DNA of 64,000 nucleotides from the IMG/VR virus record IMGVR_UViG_3300032323_000793, positions 31,395 to 95,394 of that record; one strand, 5' to 3'. The position numbers and the translations under genes are program-made. Position 1 is the stretch's first letter. Every line of letters begins with the position of its first letter. Origin of the DNA: a virus. The notes beneath the pieces are model-generated. The model was not told the DNA's origin, did no database searches, and saw only the letters and a list, made by a program, of their open reading frames with translations. Positions 8,429 through 15,987 of the stretch are shown here, piece after piece.

Positions 8429-8820
8429 TTACAGATATACATAAAGTATTTCCCTCAGAACCTAGTAGTATTGATGATTCTAAGGCACCGTGGACAGAAT
8501 TGATAGAAGAAGATTATCATGTTAAAGTATTTCGTGATATATACCCTGTTACTGAAGGTCATCTTTTGTTTGTGCCTAAATACAATACTGTTTCTGTCCT
8601 AATGGACTGTTTTGAAGATGCTGTCAAAGATGGCATTAACAGAGTTCACTCAGGAGAATGGGACGGATTTAATATTGGTTTAAATTACGGGTCGGCTGCT
8701 GGTCAAACTGTTCCTTGGCCTCATGTTCATTTGATTCCAAGACGTAAGGGAGATATGGAAGACCCAACCGGCGGAGTGCGTCATGTTATTCCCGAGAAGG
8801 GAAATTATAGGAAGTGGTAA
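8425..8820 (+). CDS. HIT-family nucleotide hydrolase
   Basis: DIYPVTEGHLLFVPK, GFNIGLNYG.AAGQTV and HVHLIPR. The first His of the triad appears replaced (WPHVH). Confidence 0.88.
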   Translation: MITDIHKVFPSEPSSIDDSKAPWTELIEEDYHVKVFRDIYPVTEGHLLFVPKYNTVSVLMDCFEDAVKDGINRVHSGEWDGFNIGLNYGSAAGQTVPWPHVHLIPRRKGDMEDPTGGVRHVIPEKGNYRKW

Positions 8821-9638
8821 TGTCAAGAGCATTGTTTATAGGTGATAGTCATACTTGTGGATATTGGAGTCATCCGACCAATCAAGGTCCTGGATCATAT
8901 ACCTATTGGAATGATAACAATTACGCAGAAATTTATGCGGAAGAAAATAACAAACCGGTAGCCATTTATGCAATGGCAGGTGTCAACAATCGTGTTTATA
9001 CAGACTGGATGAAATCTATGTTTGACACTTACAATGACATCGATGAGGTTTTTCTTTGCATGGCTCCGTTCAATAGATTTACTATAGGATTCGATGGCAA
9101 ACTAGATGATAATGTAATTGCTGTAGATCATTTTACTACTAAAATGCCTTCGTCGAATGGCTTTATAGATAGGTACTGTGATTTGACCATCAATGAAGAA
9201 AACTTACAACTGTTTAATAAAGCACTCAGTGACGATTATAATACTTTTCCAGGATTAGATTTAGACCCAGACAACGGTCTTAAAAGCCCAAACATTAGAG
9301 AACATACTTTTATGCAGATAAAATTATTCTTTGAAATGAATAGTTTTATTGAGAAACGAGATTTCCTTTTAAATGTATTTGCTTGGGACAGACTTTGTCA
9401 AGAACATGGTGCAAAGTTATATCTTTTTAATGTTACTGATAGATTGCGATATCCTCAAACATTTGAATATTACGGAAAATTAAAATCAACTGTACTAACT
9501 CGTAAAGCAGTTGAAAGTTTTATGAGAGAAAAACATGTTGATCATTCTAAATATTTCCTAGAAGATCAAGAACATTATAATAGAGAATATCATTCTTTAA
9601 TAGCCACTAAATATCTACCCTGGTTAAAAACATTATGA
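8820..9638 (+). CDS. SGNH/GDSL-like hydrolase or acyltransferase
   Basis: N-terminal LFIGDSHT and C-terminal DQEHY (DxxH). ATG at 8820 overlaps the upstream TAA. Confidence 0.55.
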   Translation: MSRALFIGDSHTCGYWSHPTNQGPGSYTYWNDNNYAEIYAEENNKPVAIYAMAGVNNRVYTDWMKSMFDTYNDIDEVFLCMAPFNRFTIGFDGKLDDNVIAVDHFTTKMPSSNGFIDRYCDLTINEENLQLFNKALSDDYNTFPGLDLDPDNGLKSPNIREHTFMQIKLFFEMNSFIEKRDFLLNVFAWDRLCQEHGAKLYLFNVTDRLRYPQTFEYYGKLKSTVLTRKAVESFMREKHVDHSKYFLEDQEHYNREYHSLIATKYLPWLKTL

Positions 9639-10219
9639 TCAATATTCTTATAGCAGGAGATAGTTTTGCAGCAAAATGGCCGTTTGCAAAACTAGGCTGG
9701 GTAGATATTTTGTCTCACCGACACACTGTTACTAATCTTGCTATGGCTGGCTGCGGTGAGTACAAAATATTAAAACAAATACAGTCAGTAGATCTTACAA
9801 AATTTGATCTAATAATCGTTAGTCATACTAGTCCGAGCAGAATTCACACTCCGAAACATCCTATTCACGGTGAAGGCTTTCATAAAAATTGCGATCTGTT
9901 AGCCAATGATATTATTGACAGGAGTAATTGGTTTAACCCAAGTTTAACGGCTGCTCAAGGTTATTTCAAATATCATTATGACGACGAATATCAAATAGAC
10001 ATTTATAATTTGATCAGGCAAAAAATTCTCGATACTATCGGAAAAAAACCCTATCTCAGTCTTACACACACAGATATTAGCAGAGAGTTAACTATTGAAA
10101 CAGATTGTCTTGATTTTAGCGATCTGTGGAAAACAGAAAGAGGTTCTATCAATCATTATACCATTAACGGCAACAGAGTCATTTATGAAACTATTGTTAA
10201 ACATATAAATGAAAAATAA
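9635..10219 (+). CDS. SGNH/GDSL-like protein
   Basis: ILIAGDSF, NLAMAGCG (block II-like) and C-terminal NHY..NGN. Confidence 0.55.
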   Translation: MINILIAGDSFAAKWPFAKLGWVDILSHRHTVTNLAMAGCGEYKILKQIQSVDLTKFDLIIVSHTSPSRIHTPKHPIHGEGFHKNCDLLANDIIDRSNWFNPSLTAAQGYFKYHYDDEYQIDIYNLIRQKILDTIGKKPYLSLTHTDISRELTIETDCLDFSDLWKTERGSINHYTINGNRVIYETIVKHINEK

Positions 10220-10409
10220 CACAATTACTATTCCTTGGCAAAATCAAAAAGATATTTGGTGGAACAAAACATGCGCTGATGTTATGGAACACTTTGGTTT
10301 ACCAGGCGGACGTTATGTGACAGAAGTTAGTACCGATTGTATGAAGTTTCATTTCAACACTGAGCAAGATGCGTTGATGTGCAAATTATTGATAAGTGAT
10401 CAAATATGA
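10209..10409 (+). CDS. hypothetical protein
   Basis: 66-aa ORF overlapping its neighbours. Confidence 0.6.
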   Translation: MKNNTITIPWQNQKDIWWNKTCADVMEHFGLPGGRYVTEVSTDCMKFHFNTEQDALMCKLLISDQI

Positions 10410-10600
10410 AAAACAGTTATGTATTCTTGTTAGCGGTTATTGCAGCAGCATTAATTTTATGCTTGACAAACTTTGGCGGGTCAACAAGTAGAGTCTACGA
10501 TTGTGGAATGGCTGAATGGCACCCCGACATTCCTAAAGAAGTTAAAGAAGAATGTCGAAAACTTAAAATGCAATACAATAATGAAAAATATAGAACATGA
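10406..10600 (+). CDS. small membrane-anchored/secreted protein
   Basis: N-terminal hydrophobic helix, then C..AEWHPDIP.....EC. Confidence 0.6.
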   Translation: MKNSYVFLLAVIAAALILCLTNFGGSTSRVYDCGMAEWHPDIPKEVKEECRKLKMQYNNEKYRT

Positions 10601-10803
10601 AAAGATGGATTTTAGATGTTGAAGAAGATCCTAAAACTGGAGATTCTGTTCTTAAATTTCCAGAAGATCTTTTAAAAGAAATAAATTGGAAAGAGGGGGA
10701 TCATATCCATTGGATAGATCTAGGTGATGGTAGTTATCAATTGGTCAAAGAAGAGTTGACAACTTTCGTAAAAAGTGGTATAATAAAGAATGAGCAAAAT
10801 TAA
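10597..10803 (+). CDS. AbrB/MazE-like swapped-hairpin DNA-binding protein
   Basis: GDSVLKFPEDLLKEINWKEGDHIHW matches the SpoVT/AbrB pattern. Confidence 0.55.
   Translation: MKRWILDVEEDPKTGDSVLKFPEDLLKEINWKEGDHIHWIDLGDGSYQLVKEELTTFVKSGIIKNEQN
10756..10784 (+). promoter_or_regulatory. consensus sigma70 promoter for queE (probably leaderless transcript)
   Basis: TTGACA (10756-10761), 17-nt spacer, extended -10 TGgTATAAT (TATAAT 10779-10784). The queE ATG begins at 10790. Confidence 0.8.
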
Positions 10804-11647
10804 AATCGCTGAACTATTTTATAGTATTCAAGGTGAAGGACGCTATATGGGTGTTCCTTCTGTTTTCTTACGTACATTTGGATGTAACTTTAAATGTGCA
10901 GGCTTCGGTATGCCTAAAGGCCAGTTAAGTACTGAAGTTGAAGCAATCGCACAAATTGCAGATAAATTTAAATTGTACGAAGAACTTCCTCTGGTATCTA
11001 CAGGTTGTGACAGTTACGCATCGTGGGATCCTCGTTTTAAAGATCTCAGTCCAATGCTAACATCTGATGCTATTGCTGAACGTATTGCAGAAATTCTTCC
11101 TTTCAATGAATGGCAGGACGAGCATCTTGTTATCACAGGTGGTGAGCCTTTGCTAGGTTGGCAACGTGCTTATCCTGATCTTTTAGATCATCCTAAGATG
11201 CAAAGTTTAAAAGAAATTACATTTGAAACAAATGGTACTCAAGCACTAACTGATGATTTTAAATTATACTTACACACTTGGAAGAGCCATCATGCGTATG
11301 ACTTCTGGAGAGAAATCACTTTTAGTGTAAGTGCAAAATTAAGTTGCTCTGGAGAAACACGCGAAGAAGCAATTAGGCCAGAAGTAGTTTGCGAATATCA
11401 AGACTACGGTCATACATATTTGAAGTTTGTCTGTGCTACTGAAGAAGATGCAGAAGAAGCAATTGAAACTGTAGACATTTATCGTGCTAACGGATTTGAT
11501 GGACACGTATATCTAATGCCTGTGGGCGGAGTTGAATCAGTTTACACACTAAACAATCGTCGTGTAGCAGAGTTGGCTATGAAAGCAGGATTACGCTACA
11601 GTGACAGACTACAAGTACCATTGTTTAAAAATGAGTGGGGAACTTAA
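10790..11647 (+). CDS. queE: 7-carboxy-7-deazaguanine synthase (radical SAM)
   Basis: ELFYSIQGEG, VFLRTFGCNFKC...CDS, VITGGEP, FETNGT, SAKL, YLKFV, YLMP and RLQ motifs. Confidence 0.9.
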   Translation: MSKIKIAELFYSIQGEGRYMGVPSVFLRTFGCNFKCAGFGMPKGQLSTEVEAIAQIADKFKLYEELPLVSTGCDSYASWDPRFKDLSPMLTSDAIAERIAEILPFNEWQDEHLVITGGEPLLGWQRAYPDLLDHPKMQSLKEITFETNGTQALTDDFKLYLHTWKSHHAYDFWREITFSVSAKLSCSGETREEAIRPEVVCEYQDYGHTYLKFVCATEEDAEEAIETVDIYRANGFDGHVYLMPVGGVESVYTLNNRRVAELAMKAGLRYSDRLQVPLFKNEWGT

Positions 11648-12081
11648 TGAAATTTGTTAAAAGATTATTTGGGTTAGATAAAATCGAAGCCAGTATAGAA
11701 GAAGCAAGACAGGCACTAGAGCAGGCTACCAAATTAAAAGAAGAAGCCGAAAATAATTTAAAAGAAATTGCTCAAGAACAAGAATTGGCTAAACTTAGTC
11801 CAAAAGATCGTGCTAATCGTAAAAAAGAACCTTGGGTAGGAGTTTTGAATACTCATGTCAATTCGGACAATGTGCGAAATGGTTTTTTTGAACTTGACTG
11901 GAATGACCAGTTTGTGTTACAATTAAAGCAAGAAGGTTACGGTGTAGATGGCGACAAAGACGAAGAAATTGTAGATAGATGGTTCCGTGAACTTTGTGCA
12001 AATGTTGTAGTAGATGGTGATTTCGGTGGCCCTGTTGATACAGGTACTTTGGATATAAAGAGTGTAAAGAAGAATATTTAA
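11647..12081 (+). CDS. hypothetical protein
   Basis: ATG at 11647 overlaps the queE TAA. Coiled-coil N-terminus, then a GFFELDWN..F segment. Confidence 0.7.
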   Translation: MKFVKRLFGLDKIEASIEEARQALEQATKLKEEAENNLKEIAQEQELAKLSPKDRANRKKEPWVGVLNTHVNSDNVRNGFFELDWNDQFVLQLKQEGYGVDGDKDEEIVDRWFRELCANVVVDGDFGGPVDTGTLDIKSVKKNI

Positions 12082-13067
12082 TGACATATATTTTAGTTGA
12101 TACTGCTAACACATTCTTTCGTGCTAGACATGTTATTAACGGCGATGCTGATATCAAACTCGGCATGGCATTTCATATAACCCTAAATTCTATTCGTAAA
12201 GCGTGGCAGCAATTTAATGGTACCCACGTTATTTTCTGCTTAGAGGGTAGATCATGGCGCAAAGACTACTATGCTCCTTACAAACGAAATCGATCAGATG
12301 CTCGTGCCGCACACACAGAAAAAGAAGCAGAAGAAGAAAAAGTATTCTGGGAAGCATTTGATACTTTTAAAGAGTTTATTACTGATAAAACTAACTGTAC
12401 AGTATTGCAACATCCGCAACTAGAAGCAGACGATCTTATTGCAGGTTGGATTCAAAGCCACCCAGATGATAACCATGTCATCATTTCAACTGATACAGAT
12501 TTTGTACAACTTATTGCACCTAATGTACGACAGTACAATGGTGTTATGGAACACGTAATTACCCATGAAGGCATCTTCGACGATAAAGGCAAACCAGTTA
12601 TTGACAAGAAAACGCAAGAGCCAAAAGCCGCACCAAATCCAGAATGGCTTTTGTTCGAAAAGTGTATGCGTGGTGATACCAGTGATAATGTCTTCTCAGC
12701 GTATCCAGGTGTGCGTACTAAAGGCACAAGCAAAAAAGTGGGCCTTACTGAAGCGTTCGAAGATCGTAAAACCAAAGGATTTGCGTGGAACAATCTCATG
12801 CTACAGAGATGGACTGACCACGAAGGTAAAGAACATCGTGTCTTAGAAGATTATGAACGCAATCGTCGTCTTATTGATCTAAGTCATCAGCCTGAAGATA
12901 TCAAAGAAATCATTGCTACAACTATCTCACAGGCCATTGATGCAAATAAAAATATCAGTCAAGTAGGTATTCGACTGATTAAGTTCTGTAATCTATATGA
13001 TTTGAAAAAAATTGCCGAACAGGCACAGAGTTATGCTGAACCATTAAATGCGAGGTACACACTATGA
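12081..13067 (+). CDS. rnh: T4 RNase H-like 5'-3' exonuclease (FEN/PIN superfamily)
   Basis: ILVDTAN, SWRKDYYAPYKRNR, LEADDLIA, IISTDTDFVQL, GDTSDNV and YERNRRLIDL. Confidence 0.88.
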   Translation: MTYILVDTANTFFRARHVINGDADIKLGMAFHITLNSIRKAWQQFNGTHVIFCLEGRSWRKDYYAPYKRNRSDARAAHTEKEAEEEKVFWEAFDTFKEFITDKTNCTVLQHPQLEADDLIAGWIQSHPDDNHVIISTDTDFVQLIAPNVRQYNGVMEHVITHEGIFDDKGKPVIDKKTQEPKAAPNPEWLLFEKCMRGDTSDNVFSAYPGVRTKGTSKKVGLTEAFEDRKTKGFAWNNLMLQRWTDHEGKEHRVLEDYERNRRLIDLSHQPEDIKEIIATTISQAIDANKNISQVGIRLIKFCNLYDLKKIAEQAQSYAEPLNARYTL

Positions 13068-13540
13068 CAGAGATACATGCTAAACCGATCATTGATAATA
13101 AATTCTGGATCGTTGAAAAAGACGGAGAGAAAATTGCTACTCTAAGAAAAAACGAAGACAATCGTTTTGTAATGAGTAATGAGTTAGGAATAAAGATTTA
13201 CGAAAACAAAAAAAGTTTGACTGACCAGTTTGGTAAAGACTTTTTTGTTGTTAAGATTGTAAAAGAAAGTGATACTGCATTACCTAACGAAGTTCACGGA
13301 TTTAGTACTAGTGCAGAACCTCATAATCCTCTTTACGACATTAAAAAGAAATTGCCTCTATTCACTAAGAGTGAAGATTCAAAGAGTTTGTATTGTGCAG
13401 GTTATTATATTATTAAATTTGAAAAAGGCTGGGTCAAAAGTTTTTGTCCTAAATTAATTACATTGCAACGATACCCTTATCAAGGTCCTTTTAAAACTGA
13501 AATTGAAATGAAGCAGGTATTGTCAAGTGTCTCAAAATAA
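13064..13540 (+). CDS. hypothetical protein
   Basis: 158-aa ORF with ATGA overlap and GAGG RBS. Confidence 0.75.
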   Translation: MTEIHAKPIIDNKFWIVEKDGEKIATLRKNEDNRFVMSNELGIKIYENKKSLTDQFGKDFFVVKIVKESDTALPNEVHGFSTSAEPHNPLYDIKKKLPLFTKSEDSKSLYCAGYYIIKFEKGWVKSFCPKLITLQRYPYQGPFKTEIEMKQVLSSVSK

Positions 13541-13775
13541 ACTGCCCACTACATTACCTACTATAGAAAAAATAATTTCTAGAACTGTTGTTGCTGAAAA
13601 GAGTCAACAGAAAGAAATTAGAATTACTATACAAGAAGCACGTGATTTAACTGCCGAATTGGCTATTCTGACATCTAAATTAGGTTCAACTGTTCAAGAA
13701 ATACATCAAATGCTGTCGGAAATACGCGAATCAACTACTAAGATTGATGTTAAGTTCGACGGGGGAACGTTCTAA
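13527..13775 (+). CDS. hypothetical protein
   Basis: 82-aa ORF with GTG start; ends DGGTF. Confidence 0.65.
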   Translation: MSQNKLPTTLPTIEKIISRTVVAEKSQQKEIRITIQEARDLTAELAILTSKLGSTVQEIHQMLSEIRESTTKIDVKFDGGTF

Positions 13776-13779
13776 AGTT

Positions 13780-13816
13780 GATAAATATATACGTGGTTTA
13801 TTAGGATACGTATATA
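13780..13816 (+). promoter_or_regulatory. T4-type late promoter (GATAAATA) overlapping a 9-bp hairpin over the next RBS region
   Basis: GATAAATA at 13780-13787. Inverted repeat TATATACGT (13786-13794) / ACGTATATA (13808-13816). ATG at 13818. Confidence 0.6.
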
Positions 13817-13817
13817 G

Positions 13818-14102
13818 ATGAGCAGACCGAAACCTAAAGTAATTCTTGAATATGCAAATAAAGAGAATTACAAAGTAGAACAAATTTTAGAAAGTGAGGC
13901 TATCTGGGCAGTGTTTTACCAGAACAAACCTTTTAATTTGAAGAGTGGCAGTCTGCTGGCCAATTACCCTGGACCTAAGTACAAGAAGGTAAGTTTTAGT
14001 AATCCCGGACACGCTCACAATCTCGCCAAAAAATTAAATAAATTATTTAAAACAAAAGACTTTTCAGTTTACAAACTAACCACTGGCGAAGAATTGAAAT
14101 GA
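13818..14102 (+). CDS. hypothetical basic protein (probably late-expressed)
   Basis: 94-aa ORF (MSRPKPKV...GPKYKKVSFSNPGHA) behind a late-promoter motif. Confidence 0.75.
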   Translation: MSRPKPKVILEYANKENYKVEQILESEAIWAVFYQNKPFNLKSGSLLANYPGPKYKKVSFSNPGHAHNLAKKLNKLFKTKDFSVYKLTTGEELK

Positions 14103-14105
14103 GCA

Positions 14106-14507
14106 ATGGATACTAAAGACCGATATACTGAAGTTTTTTTAAAAGCGGCCGGCTTACCCGTTGATGAGAAAAGTGTCAAAGACTGTCGATCCCGATGGTG
14201 GTTCAGTACAAGAGAAAAATCCAATGGTGGTCTCCGTGTTACCGATCAATGTCTAGAATTTTTAGAAACTGTTGCAGACATTAAAATTTATAAAATAGAT
14301 TTACCAAAAGACCTTACCATAGGTCCTCAAGTTCTAATTTGGTTAGATCAATTCTTAGAAACTCCCTGGCATTTAGAAAAAAGATATATCAAAGTTCTAT
14401 CTGAAAAATCTGCATTTGAATTATACTTATTTTCCGGCGATGTTAGAAAATTAGGATCAGCCAAAGCCATGGCCAAAAGATTAAGCCAAGAATCCCAACC
14501 TCAATAA
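14106..14507 (+). CDS. hypothetical protein
   Basis: 133-aa ORF. Confidence 0.7.
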   Translation: MDTKDRYTEVFLKAAGLPVDEKSVKDCRSRWWFSTREKSNGGLRVTDQCLEFLETVADIKIYKIDLPKDLTIGPQVLIWLDQFLETPWHLEKRYIKVLSEKSAFELYLFSGDVRKLGSAKAMAKRLSQESQPQ

Positions 14508-14531
14508 ACTTATCACGTAAATAAATTCGTT

Positions 14532-14807
14532 ATGTTAGATCTTAATGCTCTTGATATCTTAGACAGCAGAAAAACAAATACTGCTGTTCCGCACTTTTCA
14601 AAAGTAATGATCCAGGCTGTAGATTGGGACAATGACCAAACTATAGAAAATTGGATTACTGCTAATTTAAAAGGCAGATATTATATCATTTCTCAGCCGT
14701 ATGTAACCGAAGATGGAAAATTAAAAACAGCCAGATTTGCAGGGTTTGAAGATCAAAAAGAGATAACTTATTTTATACTAGCCTGTCCTCATTTAAGGAG
14801 AAATTAA
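14532..14807 (+). CDS. hypothetical protein
   Basis: 91-aa ORF. Confidence 0.65.
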   Translation: MLDLNALDILDSRKTNTAVPHFSKVMIQAVDWDNDQTIENWITANLKGRYYIISQPYVTEDGKLKTARFAGFEDQKEITYFILACPHLRRN

Positions 14808-15037
14808 TGACTGAAGAAGTAAACAATCAAGAAGCCGCAACAGCACCTGCCGAGGCCGCTGCTGCACCACAACCATCTGCACCAGATCTAAATATTACCG
14901 ATCTCGCTGCTGTGAGAAATATCATTGATATTGCATCTCAGCGCGGTGCATTTAAAGCCAACGAATTAGAAGTTGTTGGCAAGACTTATAACAAACTAAC
15001 TGCATTCTTAGATTCAGTAAACAAAAAGGAACAATAA
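14807..15037 (+). CDS. hypothetical protein
   Basis: 76-aa ORF with AAGGAG RBS, an Ala/Pro-rich N-terminus and IIDIASQRGAFKANEL. Confidence 0.75.
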   Translation: MTEEVNNQEAATAPAEAAAAPQPSAPDLNITDLAAVRNIIDIASQRGAFKANELEVVGKTYNKLTAFLDSVNKKEQ

Positions 15038-15038
15038 T

Positions 15039-15689
15039 ATGAGAGCACTAAAACACACTGGTAGAATGATCAAATCGGGAGCGAAAGTTTTGGTGGTATT
15101 CAGGACGCTCCCCGGAGAATCTAACTATTCTCTAGTTATTCCTGTGGCTCAATTATCTGATACATATCACGACTCTATCATGAAATTGGTAGAAAGTGAT
15201 CAGGCTCAAGAAGTTTTTGAGTTTGGTGAAATTCTTTTTATTAGAAGTTTCCCAGATGGTCGTCCAATGCTACAAGCACTAAGAGCAGACGGATTATTGG
15301 AAAGAGTAACTACAGATTCTGTTTTAATGACTCCTACACCCAATGATAATATTCCGTTGCATCAATTAAATTCGTTAATAGCAGAGCAAAAAAACTGTGC
15401 TGTTGACGATCTGTGTACATTTGTATCCGGTGCTCCAAAGCAGTCAGATGCTACTGTAGACAATGTTGCTGCGGTTAACGACTTAGGAAAAGATCTAGGA
15501 GAACCTAGCAAGCCTGCAAAAATTCAAGCACAGACAAATGAAATATTATCTGATAAAGATATTGCTAAAGGATTACGCAGTCAAGCAGATGCACTATACA
15601 AAGAAGCAGCACGTCTACGTAAAGAAGCAGAAGACCTAGACCCAACTGTAAAAAAATCTTCAAAGACTAAAGAAACAGCAGATGCCTAA
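15039..15689 (+). CDS. hypothetical protein
   Basis: 216-aa ORF with a C-terminal coiled coil. Confidence 0.75.
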   Translation: MRALKHTGRMIKSGAKVLVVFRTLPGESNYSLVIPVAQLSDTYHDSIMKLVESDQAQEVFEFGEILFIRSFPDGRPMLQALRADGLLERVTTDSVLMTPTPNDNIPLHQLNSLIAEQKNCAVDDLCTFVSGAPKQSDATVDNVAAVNDLGKDLGEPSKPAKIQAQTNEILSDKDIAKGLRSQADALYKEAARLRKEAEDLDPTVKKSSKTKETADA

Positions 15690-15987
15690 GCCGTTGTTTA
15701 GACCGCCAATGCATCTTGTAAAAGAGTGGCCAGAAGTATTTGAAGATATGTACATGAATACCATGCCTGTTGCATATCTTGAAATGGTACATTTGACATT
15801 TGAAGATGGCAGAATATGGCAGATTGATGTACGTGCTCAACTCCAAGGATCTGCTCCAGAATCTATCGCAGAAAAATTATTAGAGACTCTTCAAGAGTAC
15901 AAAGACGAAATAAAAAAGATAGATTTCAAAATAGATATAGAAAGATTGAAAAGAGATATTACCGATTCAACTAAGACTCTGTTTTAG
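15682..15987 (+). CDS. hypothetical protein
   Basis: 101-aa ORF whose 3' end overlaps the convergent radical-SAM gene by 17 nt. Confidence 0.7.
   Translation: MPKPLFRPPMHLVKEWPEVFEDMYMNTMPVAYLEMVHLTFEDGRIWQIDVRAQLQGSAPESIAEKLLETLQEYKDEIKKIDFKIDIERLKRDITDSTKTLF

Noticed and set aside
10898-11005. Intein or intron in queE
   Set aside because: The insertion is only about 34 aa, in frame, and lacks intein C/S...HN termini.
151-13457. Alternative-frame and antisense ORFs in the left block (e.g. 151-351, 1627-1842, 1668-1898, 1990-2253, 5436-5858, 6125-6571, 7760-8107, 12452-12799)
   Set aside because: They lie wholly or largely within well-supported genes, have no RBS or motifs, and read as shadow frames.
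14515-14531. Additional late promoter before 14532 (TAAATAAATT)
   Set aside because: Does not match ATAAATA exactly and could arise by chance in AT-rich DNA.
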